DNA from: Elsinoe ampelina
Taxonomy: Eukaryota
Assembly (NCBI GenBank): GCA_010093995.1
Contig: ML992511.1
Location: 566,745-630,744, forward strand
Direction of reading: 5' to 3'
Length of the DNA: 64,000 nucleotides
Part shown: in pieces, positions 13,775-25,621 of the stretch
How positions within the stretch are numbered: the stretch's first letter is position 1
Layout: each line of letters starts with the position of its first letter
Program-made: the position numbers and the translations under genes
Notes under the pieces: generated by a model
The model's input: only the letters and a program-made list of their open reading frames with translations
What the model was told of the DNA's origin: nothing
The model's database searches: none

Positions 13775-15952
13775 CTACGCCTTCCTCTCCTCCTCCACCC
13801 TCCCCTTCTCCCTCTCCGCCTCCTTCACAGCCACTTCATGTTTCCCCTCCACCTCCCCCTGCAACTTCTCCGCCTCCTTCTCCTCACCTCCCTTCTCCGC
13901 CGCCGCCTTCCTCCCCTCCTCCTCCTCTTCCTTCTCCACCCTCCTCCCCTCCTTCTCCTGCCTCCCAACCTCCTCGATCAAAAGATCACTAATCCCAACC
14001 TTGACCAACACCTTCCCCACCAACCACCGCCAACTATTATGCCCCTTGACCTCCCCCGAAAAATCCACATTCTCTACCCCCTCCACCTCGATTTTCTGCA
14101 ACCCCGCGACCCCGAGCTGGACAGAACTGGACCGGTAGAGGAAGCCCAGCACGTAGTCCTCCGTCGAATAAGCATTCACCACCCTCCCCGACGCCACGGC
14201 CCTCACGACCCTCCAATCCAACGCATCCGACGGACAAGGCGCACCGAGCAACACCACATCCTCGACAAGTCCAAACGCGCCCCTCTCCGCCATCTTCTTC
14301 AGGCAGATATAGACGACTCTCGCGCCGAGACTGTACCCCACCAACGTCACCGGCCTTTCCCCTTGAGCTTTGTTGATGATCGCATCGGCGAGGACCTCGC
14401 CCGCTTTATCGGCGCGACTCTTGGCCACGGAGAAAGGGTTGTCGATGACGCGGGAGACTCTGAGGAGGGCGAGCGGCCACAGCGCGGCGGTGAGGGAGGC
14501 GAAGACGGTGCGTTTTATGATCTCGCTGCGGGCGTAGGACCAGGCTGCGGATTTGAGGAGGGAGGTGAGCGCGGACCCGAGGGAGAGCAGGGCGGAGAGC
14601 TCGAAGCGGAGCGCGAAGTTCTCGGAGGACGTGGGGCCGAGGACTTCCCATGGGGTTGTCACGTCGGAGGAGGAGGAGAGCCAGCCTGAGATGCCGAGGG
14701 TGACGCGGAGACGGCGGGGGTTGGGGGCCGGGGTGGAGGAGGTGGAAGATGGGGAAGAAGAGGGGCTGCGGATGGGCAGGAAGGCAAAGTCCTCGACGTC
14801 CCGCGCGTAGGCATCGACCATTTCCCCTGTCATTTTGCCGCCGTAGGCACCGAAGAGGCCGCCTACGAGGACGGACGAGCCGGCTAGGGTCCCGAGGTAG
14901 CCTGCTGTGGCGGTGGCGCCGAGACCGAGACCGCCCATCACGGAGCCGACGCCGGCTGCGAGGAGAGGCGCCGCGAGTCCGCCTGTGATGCCGATGACGG
15001 CGGCGCCGGCGACGGTGGCGAGGCCGACTTTCCATTTGCGCGCGAAGGCGTTCTCTTCGGCGGCTTTTTTGGCTGACGAGTCGCCGCTCATGTCGACGGC
15101 TTGGAGGAGGCCGGTGGCGATTTTGGCTTCGTCGTCTTCGAGGAGTTTGAGAGGGAGGGAGAGGGAGGTGGTGAGGTGCACGAGGAGGGTCCGGGACCAG
15201 GAGCTGTATTGTTCGAGGGAGAGGAGGAGGAGGAGCATGGAGTGGAGGACGAGTGCTCGCTTAGGTCGGTCGAGCTTCGAAAGGGGAGTTTCGACTGGTG
15301 GGTAGTTGAGCATTACTGCGGCTTGAACCTCTGGTCGATCCGAGACGTCTTCGATTTGCTGCTTTGTCTTCTCATCCACATCGACCTTTGCTGGATCCTG
15401 CTTCCCTGCTTCAGGTACCTTCTCCCCTTGCTCGCCCGAAGGTCTGGTATTGATGATCTCTCCCACTCGCTCAAGGACTCTTTCCCTCCACTTGTCGAAG
15501 CTCGACAGAGCTTGTTTCCTCATCTCTTGTATCCGCTCGCTGCTCAACTCCTTCTTTCGCTTTTCCAATTCCTGCTTCACCTTCTCCTGTGCAGCAATGT
15601 CCGCCTTGACTGCATCGATCCAAGCTCTGTCATCCTGCTTCGACTTACCATCTTTGCTTCTCTCGGAGTTATGGGAAGTAGGCCTTGATCTTTGCTTCTC
15701 TGGATCTGGAGACGCGTACGGAGAAGTGTAGATTGACGGATCCTGGTCTTCCAGTACAGATGGTGCGGCAGAGAAGTTGTTTACAATCTGTGTTCTCATA
15801 GACTCTGTGATTGTGGCTACCAGGAGTGTGAGATCAGACCGAGCTTGTGGTGTTGGTAGGATTGTAGTGAGAGAAGCCTCATTGTCGGAGCTTGATGGAG
15901 TAGATGCTGTAGGATTGGGAATCTTTGACGTGATTGAGGATAAGAAAGACAT
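13775..15952 (-). CDS. DUF726 (TMCO4/Mil1-like) membrane-associated alpha/beta-hydrolase-like protein
   Basis: The 725-aa ORF has Gly-rich TM segments (GITGGLAAP) and an RPVTLVGYSLGARV lipase-like motif. It also contains VASGRVVNAYSTEDYVLGFLYR. Confidence 0.9.
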   Translation of the reverse strand: MSFLSSITSKIPNPTASTPSSSDNEASLTTILPTPQARSDLTLLVATITESMRTQIVNNFSAAPSVLEDQDPSIYTSPYASPDPEKQRSRPTSHNSERSKDGKSKQDDRAWIDAVKADIAAQEKVKQELEKRKKELSSERIQEMRKQALSSFDKWRERVLERVGEIINTRPSGEQGEKVPEAGKQDPAKVDVDEKTKQQIEDVSDRPEVQAAVMLNYPPVETPLSKLDRPKRALVLHSMLLLLLSLEQYSSWSRTLLVHLTTSLSLPLKLLEDDEAKIATGLLQAVDMSGDSSAKKAAEENAFARKWKVGLATVAGAAVIGITGGLAAPLLAAGVGSVMGGLGLGATATAGYLGTLAGSSVLVGGLFGAYGGKMTGEMVDAYARDVEDFAFLPIRSPSSSPSSTSSTPAPNPRRLRVTLGISGWLSSSSDVTTPWEVLGPTSSENFALRFELSALLSLGSALTSLLKSAAWSYARSEIIKRTVFASLTAALWPLALLRVSRVIDNPFSVAKSRADKAGEVLADAIINKAQGERPVTLVGYSLGARVVYICLKKMAERGAFGLVEDVVLLGAPCPSDALDWRVVRAVASGRVVNAYSTEDYVLGFLYRSSSVQLGVAGLQKIEVEGVENVDFSGEVKGHNSWRWLVGKVLVKVGISDLLIEEVGRQEKEGRRVEKEEEEEGRKAAAEKGGEEKEAEKLQGEVEGKHEVAVKEAEREKGRVEEERKA

Positions 15953-16080
15953 CTTGGTGAATTTTACACACTGTAGAAGAGGGTCAGGGTATCTTACTTC
16001 AAGCAGGAAACATATTAGAATGGATTGACTTCACAAGGCTGTTATACGTTGATTTTGAGGTTGAGAGGATGGAGCTTGGT

Positions 16081-16090
16081 GTGACGTCAC
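16081..16090. promoter_or_regulatory. CRE/ATF-type palindrome GTGACGTCAC upstream of DUF726 gene
   Basis: A perfect 10-bp palindrome containing TGACGTCA sits ~130 nt upstream of the ATG at 15952. Function is inferred only. Confidence 0.35.
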
Positions 16091-16193
16091 ACTGGTAACC
16101 CCTCTCTAGCATGTGAACGGTCCCTTGCTGGTCAAACTGTTTCATCAATTCGTGATTCTATGTCGTTCACATGTTGTGCAATGTTATGCAATG

Positions 16194-18644
16194 CTATATC
16201 TCAACGCCACCTTCAACCTCCTCTGCAGCGTCCATGGCATCTCCCGCGGTGGCTGCATCTTCGACATTGGTCCCTGGCACATACTGAGTCGCCCAGCGTG
16301 GCCAGACACGCTTGTAAAGACTGACTGCCATAGCATCCAGAGGGTTGATGGGGCCGTCGAACGTAGCCTTGAAGTATCCATGCGTACCAAGTGCTTCCTT
16401 GATGAAGCCACTCCGACCTCTCTTCGTCCACAGCTGTAAAGCTCGAAACCATTCCACATCTTCGCGGTTGAAGAACATGTACCTTACCGTCACCAAGCGC
16501 TTGTGGATCTTGTAAGGATGTCCCGTCAGGATGGCCCTCTTGGCGATAACGCGAGAAGTCGATGGTGCCAGCGATGTGCCAGTTCCAATGAACTCAAGTC
16601 CTTCTAGACCACTCGTGCCAGGTAATTGACGGAAGTAGAGTATTGGGACAGCGCCCCAAGTTAGAGGTGCAATGGCCGTGGCGTTCGCCGTCTGACCAGG
16701 ATGTAAGAACCGGCTGAACTTGTGGACATTGTTCGGTGTGTGACCCTGCTGCGAGTATAGCGGATTGATGACCATTCGTCGAGGTCCACACTGCATGATG
16801 ATCGGATGCTTAGATTTGAGTGGTCCTGGATACTCGGAGTCGAGGTTGATGCTGTAGTTCATGACTGTCCGCTTCTGTTCGTGGCGGAGCAGGGAGAAGA
16901 GACCGACAGGCCGTGACATTGCCTTCAGGCTGTTGATAGAGGTATCACCCAGCTTCAGCTGTACTTCTACTCTTGTACCAGGCATCACGCCGCCAACCAG
17001 AGCTTCATTCAAGCATCGATTCTTTGCAGCTTTGTAATTAGAGACATCCAGTAGCCGTTGCCATTCTTCAGGCTCGTAGGGCTGATCTTCCTCCGTATCC
17101 CAGACACTCGTTCGAAAGCTCTTCAGTCCTCGGTAGCGTGAGAGTCGCTCTCGTGCAAGAACATTCGGATGAAGCTCAATCTCATCGGGGAATTCAAGAT
17201 CGTCCTCCGCATCTCTCTTTCGGTTTTTGCGATAAGCGGCCAGCTGCTCGGCCTCATCTTCTGGGGATGGATCAAGGAACATCTCGGATTGCGGATACTC
17301 GGACGGGGCGCCTTCAGTCGGCTCAACCATGACTTGATCTCGGCCCTCGATACCGTCTGCTGGTCTCGACTCATCATTCATACTGATATCACCATCCTCG
17401 TCCTCGGCATCTTCCAGATCCGAGCCAGAATCGGAGACGTCCCCAAGGTACCAAGCAGCTTGATATTTTGATGTGCCTCGAGGAATACGTTTCGGTAGTT
17501 TTGGCTGATCGTCTTCGTTCTCCTCGAAATAGTGGTGATCATCAAGTAGTACACCTCTCCGTTCTGATGGAGCGATGGACGCTGCGACGTCGCCAATGTC
17601 TTCCATGACAGCCTCTTCTGGAGCCAGCTCTGCGGGTTCATCTGCATCTTCTGAAGGACTCTCAAGGAGTGGGTCTAATTCCTCGGCATCCATCGAAGTG
17701 CCGTTGGGCTTCTTCTTGGTCGGTAACGGCGCCCGGAGGATCTTGTCGATCTGGAAATTCCCCCAGTCTCCAACCTGTACCAGACGATCGGCCTTTAAAC
17801 CGCGGCCTCGTACAACACCAGTGATACTCAAAGACTGCTGGTCGGCTTCTGGCCACTTCACACCATCCACAAACATCCAGCTGCGGTCCTCGCGCCATTT
17901 GATACCTTTTGGAATTGTGCTACAGAGCGTTCTCACAACGTTCGCGCATTCTTGCTTGTTGTCGAGCGAATGCACCTTCTCCTGTGAAGCGAAGAAGTGT
18001 GTGATGAACGACTTCAGCGAAGCCTGTACCTGATGTTGCTTCTTGACCGGTCCGGCTGTGTTGAGCTTTTCAACCAAAGTAATGACCGTAGAAACACCCT
18101 GGCTTTCGATTGTGCGCAAGAAGTTCTCCCCGAGTGGGTCGACTTCCTCTTCGGCGCTCATGAGGAGAACTACGTAGTCTGCAATCCGACAAAGGTCCAG
18201 AACTTCCCAGGGATCTCTCGCTTGTGGGATCAGAAAGTTGAGCTTCTGCTTGAAGCGGGCGATCTCGACAATGGTGGACCCTGAAGCAGCAATCTCATCC
18301 CCAACATCCACACTTTGGGCGAGGTCCTTTGCAGCTTGTGTAGCAGACACTGACTCAGACAGTGGTACGATGACCACATTTCGAGGGGCGCCATCCCGGC
18401 CAGAAAAAACGCTGCTTGCCTTTGCCTGCTCTGCCCCATGAGCAATGCGTTTCTGCTTTGCCTGATTTCTTCGGTCAATCTTAGACATGACTTGCTGATG
18501 TGGCGTTTTGCGTGAGCCTCGATCAAAGCTCTCGACCTTTCCCTTCTGCCTCTCCTTGATCGCTCCTTTGGAGAGATGCTTCGTCTTGAATGGCTTGTGG
18601 GCGACCTTGGTGGTGCTGCGGTGATGATGTTGCTCGGCCGCCAT
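16194..18644 (-). CDS. TSR1: Pre-40S ribosome biogenesis protein Tsr1
   Basis: The intronless 816-aa ORF has HKPFK...SK, FPDEIELHP, RYRGLKSFRTS and LGTHGYFKATFD motifs. Confidence 0.96.
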   Translation of the reverse strand: MAAEQHHHRSTTKVAHKPFKTKHLSKGAIKERQKGKVESFDRGSRKTPHQQVMSKIDRRNQAKQKRIAHGAEQAKASSVFSGRDGAPRNVVIVPLSESVSATQAAKDLAQSVDVGDEIAASGSTIVEIARFKQKLNFLIPQARDPWEVLDLCRIADYVVLLMSAEEEVDPLGENFLRTIESQGVSTVITLVEKLNTAGPVKKQHQVQASLKSFITHFFASQEKVHSLDNKQECANVVRTLCSTIPKGIKWREDRSWMFVDGVKWPEADQQSLSITGVVRGRGLKADRLVQVGDWGNFQIDKILRAPLPTKKKPNGTSMDAEELDPLLESPSEDADEPAELAPEEAVMEDIGDVAASIAPSERRGVLLDDHHYFEENEDDQPKLPKRIPRGTSKYQAAWYLGDVSDSGSDLEDAEDEDGDISMNDESRPADGIEGRDQVMVEPTEGAPSEYPQSEMFLDPSPEDEAEQLAAYRKNRKRDAEDDLEFPDEIELHPNVLARERLSRYRGLKSFRTSVWDTEEDQPYEPEEWQRLLDVSNYKAAKNRCLNEALVGGVMPGTRVEVQLKLGDTSINSLKAMSRPVGLFSLLRHEQKRTVMNYSINLDSEYPGPLKSKHPIIMQCGPRRMVINPLYSQQGHTPNNVHKFSRFLHPGQTANATAIAPLTWGAVPILYFRQLPGTSGLEGLEFIGTGTSLAPSTSRVIAKRAILTGHPYKIHKRLVTVRYMFFNREDVEWFRALQLWTKRGRSGFIKEALGTHGYFKATFDGPINPLDAMAVSLYKRVWPRWATQYVPGTNVEDAATAGDAMDAAEEVEGGVEI

Positions 18645-19379
18645 GCTTGAGCCACCTCCGGCTTTGAACCGGAAAGGTATAGCGGTTGCCAGTTTGTTTA
18701 ATCCTGATATTCTGATTTATCGAATCGAAACGTGCATGTCTAAATTTCCATCCCATCCAGGGCATCGGTGAAGTTTGCCGCACATAAAAGTTCTCACCGC
18801 TTCTGTATCGATAAGAATTTCTGCCGCCAAGTGTTCGTGTAGCTGGTGGCAGCCAATGGGAACCCTTGAAGCCGTGTCGTTCTCTTCACCACCAAACGCC
18901 AACTCTGAATCTTACATCAGCTTGACCAGCTTTCTCAACACGTCGCGCGAACGTCTGTTCCTTCGTCCCTCAGCTCGTGGTGGCTTGTCAGATCACATGT
19001 CTGGAAGTAGACGAAGGTGGTGACCTCAACTAGGTTCTATATTGCGATACGAGACAGCCTTGTCACCTTCGATCGTCGGCAGGAGGATGCAGCTTCTGCC
19101 TACAAATAGTGCCTGACCTACTAGGACCCTACATTGACATAGGTCAGAGAGCCGCTGCGACCATCCATGAACAGTGAGACGTGAGCTGCTCGCCTTATTC
19201 GCCAGCTCGAATACAGCTTCGATGTCGAAAAATGGCCCTCTCAGCTCGAGCAGTACCGCGGGGGCGAGGGTAAGAAGGCAGGTAGGCACTCATCGAGTAC
19301 ATTAGAAGGACACTTCCATCCATTATTGTGCTCAGTATCCACTGTCTCTCATTGCTAATCTTGTAACACGACCAAAATC

Positions 19380-21329
19380 ATGGCTACCACAGTCCCCTCT
19401 CTTCCACCTTCCACTTCTCTGCCACTCAATCCCAACTCATTTCCTGTGCTTCCACCCACGGAGGAACCTGCCTTCTACAATGAGAATATCATCCTGTTCT
19501 GGAACTTCGCTGCCATTGATCTGAACAGGCTGTCGACTACCCTCGGCGGCCCTGGCGCGGCCCCAACAGCTGCGTCGCGCTTCCTCGGCATCCTCCACAT
19601 TGCTATCAACGATGCCTACTTTGCTGTGCGCCCGGATAATAGCGGCGTCAACACCACATACCTTCGACCGGGTGCTACGCCAGCAAGTCTAGCTCTTCCC
19701 GACTCTACCGGGGCGTTCGACCCACTACTCGCCGTTTCTGGCGCAGCCAACACTGTGCTCCTTGCCCTGTACACTACACCGAGCGCCAGGTAAGACGGCT
19801 CTGTGATGTTAAACTTCTTTGCTGACATGATGCAGCGTCGCGCGATCGTCGACCCAGGCCCTGAACCTCTATCTCAGCAGTGTTGTCGACCGATACAGGG
19901 TTCAGTTTGGGGTTTCTCTCGACACCCTATCACCCTCCTATCGCTTCGGTGTAGCGGTTGGCAACGCTGTCTTGCAACTTCTCAGCATTCCTGCTGGTCA
20001 GCCTGGCTTTGACCAAGATTCCTACCGTCCTAAAAGGGGAATCAATGACACAACCCTCGAGTACAAATTCGATTCTGATCCCACCAACCCAGTGAGGATC
20101 GTGCCTGTCGATCCCAACAATGCAGGTGGTCCACAAATGTCCATGGAGGTCTTCAACTCACCCTTTTATGGTTTCACAGCCAACCGTGTTGCTGTCCAAG
20201 GCGTCGTCAATGGTGTTCCAAACCAGCACATCATTGCTGATCCACCTGTCGGGTTCGGAGTCAACAATGTTGATGAGTATCAAGCTTCCGTCGAGGAGAC
20301 TATCCGCTTGGGAGGTGCACCTTTCCAGAATACGACTTTGCGCTCCCCGAGTCAAACGGTTGATGGATACTTCTGGGCGTGTGAGTCCCCAATCCCTTCA
20401 AGTAGACTTACGATGCTGACTGCAGAAGATGATGGTTCAAATTTGATTGGAAATCCCATCAGGCTCTATAACCAGCTTCTCCGCAAGATTGCTGTGGATC
20501 GAAGGCCGACCACACCGCTCAATAGCGAAGAGTGCAATGCCGATTTTGCTCGCCTCTTCGCCCTAGCAAATGCGGCCATGGCCGATGCGGGCATCTTCTG
20601 CTGGCAGGAAAAGTACACCTTCGAGTTCTGGCGTCCGCTGTCTGGTGTCAGAAATGATGATGGTCCCCTTGGTGATCCATTTTTCTTGACACTCGGAAGT
20701 CCAGAGACAAACAACAAGTGATTTGCTATCCCTTCTCATGTATATGAACCTATACTGACATTCACAGTGGCATCTCCTTCAAGCCACCTTTCCCTGCCTA
20801 TCCTTCTGGCCACGCTACCTTTGGCGGCGCCCTCTTCCAATCGATCAGACTGTACTACAAGCGCCGCGACCACCTCGCCTTCGCCGACGATGAAGCCGAC
20901 AATATCTCCTTCGAATATGTATCTGACGAGCTCAACGGCGTCAACCGCGACCTTCGCGTGCCCTACAACCCCAATCAGCCCATCCAAGAACAGCTCGGCA
21001 CAGTCCGCACCAGAGTCGTCACGAAGTTTTCGTCTCTATGGGAAGCAATCTTCAGCAACGCTATCTCCCGCATCTACCTCGGTGTTCACTGGCGTTTCGA
21101 TGCCTTTGCCCCACAGGATATCCTGAACAGCAACACGGTCCTGCCCAGTGGTAACAGTGACTTCAAGGATCCCAATCAGATCAGATATGAGACCATGGGT
21201 ACACGGGCTGACCGACCTGGGCAGTTCTTCCCGGTTGGTGGTGTCCCGCTTGGTATTGGCATTGCGAACGACATCTTCCAGTCTAACTTGCAGCCGACGC
21301 CAGCGGCGCTGCAGCCTCAGCGCAGGTAG
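19380..21329 (+). CDS. Vanadium-dependent chloroperoxidase (4 exons)
   Basis: After splicing it has all three vanadate-binding motifs: [31 protein letters not shown] and [13 protein letters not shown]. It also has AYDGSNLIG, SDELNG and [10 protein letters not shown], as in Curvularia-type CPO. Introns are at ~19790-19836, 20381-20428 and ~20718-20767. Confidence 0.93.
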
Positions 21330-21978
21330 ATCAGGACGAGACGCGGTTCGGACGGTCTCGAATGCTTTTGATGCCTTGGTTTATGCTTGGGTTGCGGCTG
21401 GTCCGGACTCGCCCGGCTCTGTCTTTGTAAGATTATCTCTTTGGTAGTGAACAAATTGAGCTTCTTTCACACACGGCCATCTTTAATCGTGTAAATTGTA
21501 CCAGGCCAATTAAGGTTCCTAACCCCACGCTGCACGGCACTTCAGGGAATGACTTGCTAGGGAGATCTCGGATGTCTCGAAATCTAGCCCTAAGTCGCGA
21601 TGTGGGGTGACCCCGAACTACCCCAACTCCTGTTTTTTTGCTCCCGCAAACAATCTTTGAACCTATTGCGATTGTCACGAGGCTGTGATTCTTCGTTCAG
21701 GAGTATGAACTTTCAAATGTCTGCGATGATGAGGTTCTTGTTACGCTTCACCACCCGAAGTGAAAATGGGCCGACGACTATGCCTGGGCACAACCCCGAA
21801 GACCGGGACCTGAGGAACCATCAAACGCTGGATCCTAGCGAAGAGCCGTGTCTCCAAACGCCATGAGACCAAGACTGTGGGGTGTCGACAATATATACCG
21901 GCTTCTCTTTCGCCATGACACTATTCTGACTGACCTTGTCATTCCCCGATCGTTCCAGCATCTACTTCCTCGGACAGG

Positions 21979-23579
21979 ATGATCGCCCCCTCAGAATTCG
22001 ACTACAAAACAAGCAAAACCTACTCCTCAAAAGTCCTTGTCAAAGACACACCAGAATATGAAATTGCTCGACGCAACAATGCATCTGCCGCCACGCCTAA
22101 TCGCTATCCGCAAGAAATCCACATCGTACAGGACACCTCGGACATCTCTCGAGCACTGAAGCGCGCATCGGATCTAGGCGTCACTGTCGGGGTCCGGTCC
22201 GGCGGTCACCTCTACTCATGCGGTGCCCTAGTTCACGACGGCATCCTCATCGACACCACTCATTTGAACCGGACGCCGCAGTACGATGGATCAACACAAG
22301 AAGTCGTCTTCGGCCCCGCGATCAGGGTCAGGGAACTGGCCCTCTTTCTCGACGAACGCAAACGATTCATGCCGTACGGCCACTCCCCTACCGTTGCGGC
22401 GGGAGGCTATCTCCTCGCCGGTGGTCAGGGCTGGTTCCACCGCGGCTGGGGCGCGACGTGCCAATCCTTTGTTACGAAGCTGGAGATTGTGGTGCCTGAC
22501 GGACGGACAGTGATCGCCAGTCGCACAGAGAATCAAGATCTGTTCTGGGCAGCGAGAGGGAGCGGGACAGGCTTCTTCGGCGTAGTGTCCCGGTTTTGGT
22601 GCCGAACTGTTCCTGCTTCGAGGATCTGGATTCGGGTATTGACCTTTGAGATCGGGGAGCTCTACACGCCGATCTTGACGTGGGCGGTTGAAGCGAGTAG
22701 AAAAACGCCGAAGATGGGGACGGATCTGAATGTGGGGTTGGGTTGGTCGTTGCCGGATGGGAGGAAGCCGCATGAGGTGCCAGAGTCGGAGGGCATACCG
22801 AAAGATGCGAAGCTGATAGCGACGTGTTTGAATACTGTCTATGCGGATACGGAGGAGGAGGCGAAGGTGTTATTGGCAAATTATGCAGACGACAAGGTAC
22901 CCGAAGAATTGAGGAACGCCTTGGTGTTTTCGCAGCCAGCCATGCCCGTCACGGTCAACGAGATGTTCGGCGCGCCAGAAGGATTCGCGGGCACTGGCGA
23001 TCCAGGTCCAGGGATGAGGTGGCAGATCAACAGTATCGTCAATGACCCGTCGGTGCCGTTGCCACAGGTATGTTGCAAATAATTGAGCCAGTGGGACAAT
23101 AGCTGATAATGCTAGCTTCTCGCAGCAATCAAGCCAGCCATCACAGAGCTTCCAACGCTCAAGTCAGCCTCCGTAGTCACTCTGGCATCGATTGTAGCCG
23201 ACGAGCAGGATGCAGCATTCAGTGTCGCGCAAGACATGTATATCTCGTCCTTCACGGGGTGGACGGATACATCATTAGAGCCGGCCGTCAATACCCACAT
23301 GAAGGAGCGGTATAGGGCTCTCCTGCCCGTGTCGAGCGGGATGTACATGGCGGACTTTAACGTGGTGGATGACTACGCGAACGTAAGTACAATGCTGGTG
23401 TGGTAGTTTGACAAGATGCTGATCACGTGCCACAGTCGAATCCATTGTCCGATACCGCACTGGACAAGTTTCTCACAATCAGAGAGAAATGGGATCCAAA
23501 GGGGCTGTTTCCGAATTATAAGCGTTTCATCGAAACTCACAAGAGGGTCACTGCTTTGAGAAAGTTTGCCAGACTGTAG
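21979..23579 (+). CDS. FAD-linked oxidase (VAO/berberine-bridge-enzyme-like, probable covalent His-FAD), 3 exons
   Basis: It has GVRSGGH, GGYLLAGGQGW and DLFWAARGSGTGFFGVV motifs. The C-terminal BBE-like motif IREKWDPKGLF follows introns at ~23068-23115 and ~23383-23435. Confidence 0.9.
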
Positions 23580-23874
23580 AAGGGTCTTAAGCTTGCCGGT
23601 TTCATCTCTGAGTCGCTCGATGGAACATTTCCCCAGAGGAGAGAGTGTTTATGTGTAGACTAAGATCACCCTCACGTGTACATGCAAATGGTGCTAAGAA
23701 AGAGTGTTGAGAAAATACAATCATATGTTATCACATCGGAAGTCCATCCGAGCCCTGACCCCGCCACCTGCCCCGCAGACGTCACCCTCCTCGGCACCCA
23801 TCCCGATATCAAACCACTCATCCCATATCTGCCTCCCCTGCCCTCCCAATTCACGCCTCTCCTTCCCACCGACC

Positions 23875-24561
23875 ATGCCCGAGATCCACCGATACCACCT
23901 CGCCCCCACCACTCTCATCCCCAACTCCCCCCTCCCCCTCCTGCACTACAAACACTTCTTCCCCCCCACCACCTCCCCCGGCCCCATCTTCGACCTCCAC
24001 GAACGCAACTCCTGGACCATAAACTGGATCTACCGCTACGGCCCCACGCAACCCTCACACTACCACTCGCTCACCCACGAAAGCATGACCGTCCTCTCCG
24101 GCCGCGCCACCATCCGGTTCGGCGCCGCCGACCTCTCCCCCGATCTCGACGCCAACACATGGGGCAAAGCCGGCGTGGACTTTGAGGCCGGCGGCGTGGA
24201 AGTGCGGGCTGAGAAAGGAGATGTGTTCATTGTGCCGGCGGGGGTGGCGCATAAGACGTACGATGCGGAGCCGGGGGCGGGGTTTGCTTTGTTGACGCCG
24301 GGGAGGGGGAAGGGGGTGGAGGCGGGGGATCGGAGGGGCGCGGTGGAGGGGGTGGTGTTGGAGGGGTTTACGATGATGGGGGCGTATCCGAGGGGCGGTG
24401 TGGAGTGGGATTTTGTGGAGGGGGAGAGGGGGAGGGAGCGGAGGGAGAGGTCGTGGGGCGTGGGGAGGCCGGGGAGGGATCCGGTGCTTGGGGAGGAGAA
24501 GAGGGGGATTTGTGGGACGTGGAGGGGGGAGGGGGATGGGGGGAGGGAAGGGAAGCTCTAG
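23875..24561 (+). CDS. Cupin-domain protein (YjlB-like)
   Basis: It has IPNSPLPLLHY, cupin motif 1 (SHYHSLTHE), motif 2 (GDVFIVPAGVAHK), MMGAYP and DPVLG. Confidence 0.88.
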   Translation: MPEIHRYHLAPTTLIPNSPLPLLHYKHFFPPTTSPGPIFDLHERNSWTINWIYRYGPTQPSHYHSLTHESMTVLSGRATIRFGAADLSPDLDANTWGKAGVDFEAGGVEVRAEKGDVFIVPAGVAHKTYDAEPGAGFALLTPGRGKGVEAGDRRGAVEGVVLEGFTMMGAYPRGGVEWDFVEGERGRERRERSWGVGRPGRDPVLGEEKRGICGTWRGEGDGGREGKL

Positions 24562-25621
24562 TGGGAGGTGGAGGGAGTTGTTCTTAGGGAGGGGAGGGGT
24601 TGAATGGGGATGTTGGGCTGTATGTGCTTGGAAGCACAACGTGAGCACCATGACATTTGATCACGGCATGATTCGACGTTTTACCTACATGCTGTGATCG
24701 TAAAAGCGCGTAAAGTGGAATGTGCGATGTATGGCAATGTCCATAGCATTTGATCTTAGACGGTCATAACCAGCCTCCTCAGCTTGAGTAGGTCTTGAGG
24801 ATGATTCATCGTCTCATGCCTTGATCTATGGGGATGAGAACTTCCGGCAGGTATTGCGGCATATGCAAAGTACACAGGTAATGCACAAGTTCGTAAGGAT
24901 GCAACTTCAATCAACGTCGTGTCAGGCCAGGCGGGCAGAAAACCGCGCATGGCAAAATGTCGGCTCCCCAAGGAAAACCTTGTCTCGCCCAGGCGGAGGC
25001 TTCGGCGACTGAGCCAAAGAAAAACCACAGCAAAATGGGTGGCCAAGACAGGTAATCCGAGCTAAGAAGACGGTGGCACGAGCTTGTCCCTGCTTGGTGG
25101 CGCTCACCTCCGACATCACTCGACCGACGTTGGGAAGAGTTATATCCGGCCGTGGCACCACGAAAGAGAGGTTCTGGCAGAAGACGACCTGGCATGAAAG
25201 ATGAAAAACTACCAATGGATGCCATGCTCTAAACAGAGGTTGAAGTATCTGAGCCAGAAGTCAGGCTTGAGAAACGCGTGTTCTCGGTCCGATGATACAG
25301 CGACAGTGGCATCTCCAGAGCACGACAACACACCGACTGCTCTGACCATGTTCGGTCCCACCATCACCCGCTCTCGCACACTTTTTTCCCAACCCAGTGT
25401 CTATGGGGGATCCGACGTTTCCCACGCGAATACTCCACGGGGCTCCATAAACACGGTAAGCAGAAATTTGAGTTACGAGACCAAGACCATGGTGGGAACT
25501 CGTTTGGGATCTGCGGCAAAGAGATCATCCAGAGATCGTCCATATATTGCTCGCCTGACTTCCCACCACTTTGTGCATCCTCCCTCCCGCTTTCTTTCTT
25601 GACCGTCGTCTTCCCTTTATC

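Noticed and set aside
13691..14689. 332-aa + strand ORF and other long antisense ORFs over GC-skewed genes (also 33804-34712, 60993-61796)
   Set aside because: These are shadows of real genes on the opposite strand. The biased codon usage suppresses stops, and the translations are low-complexity.
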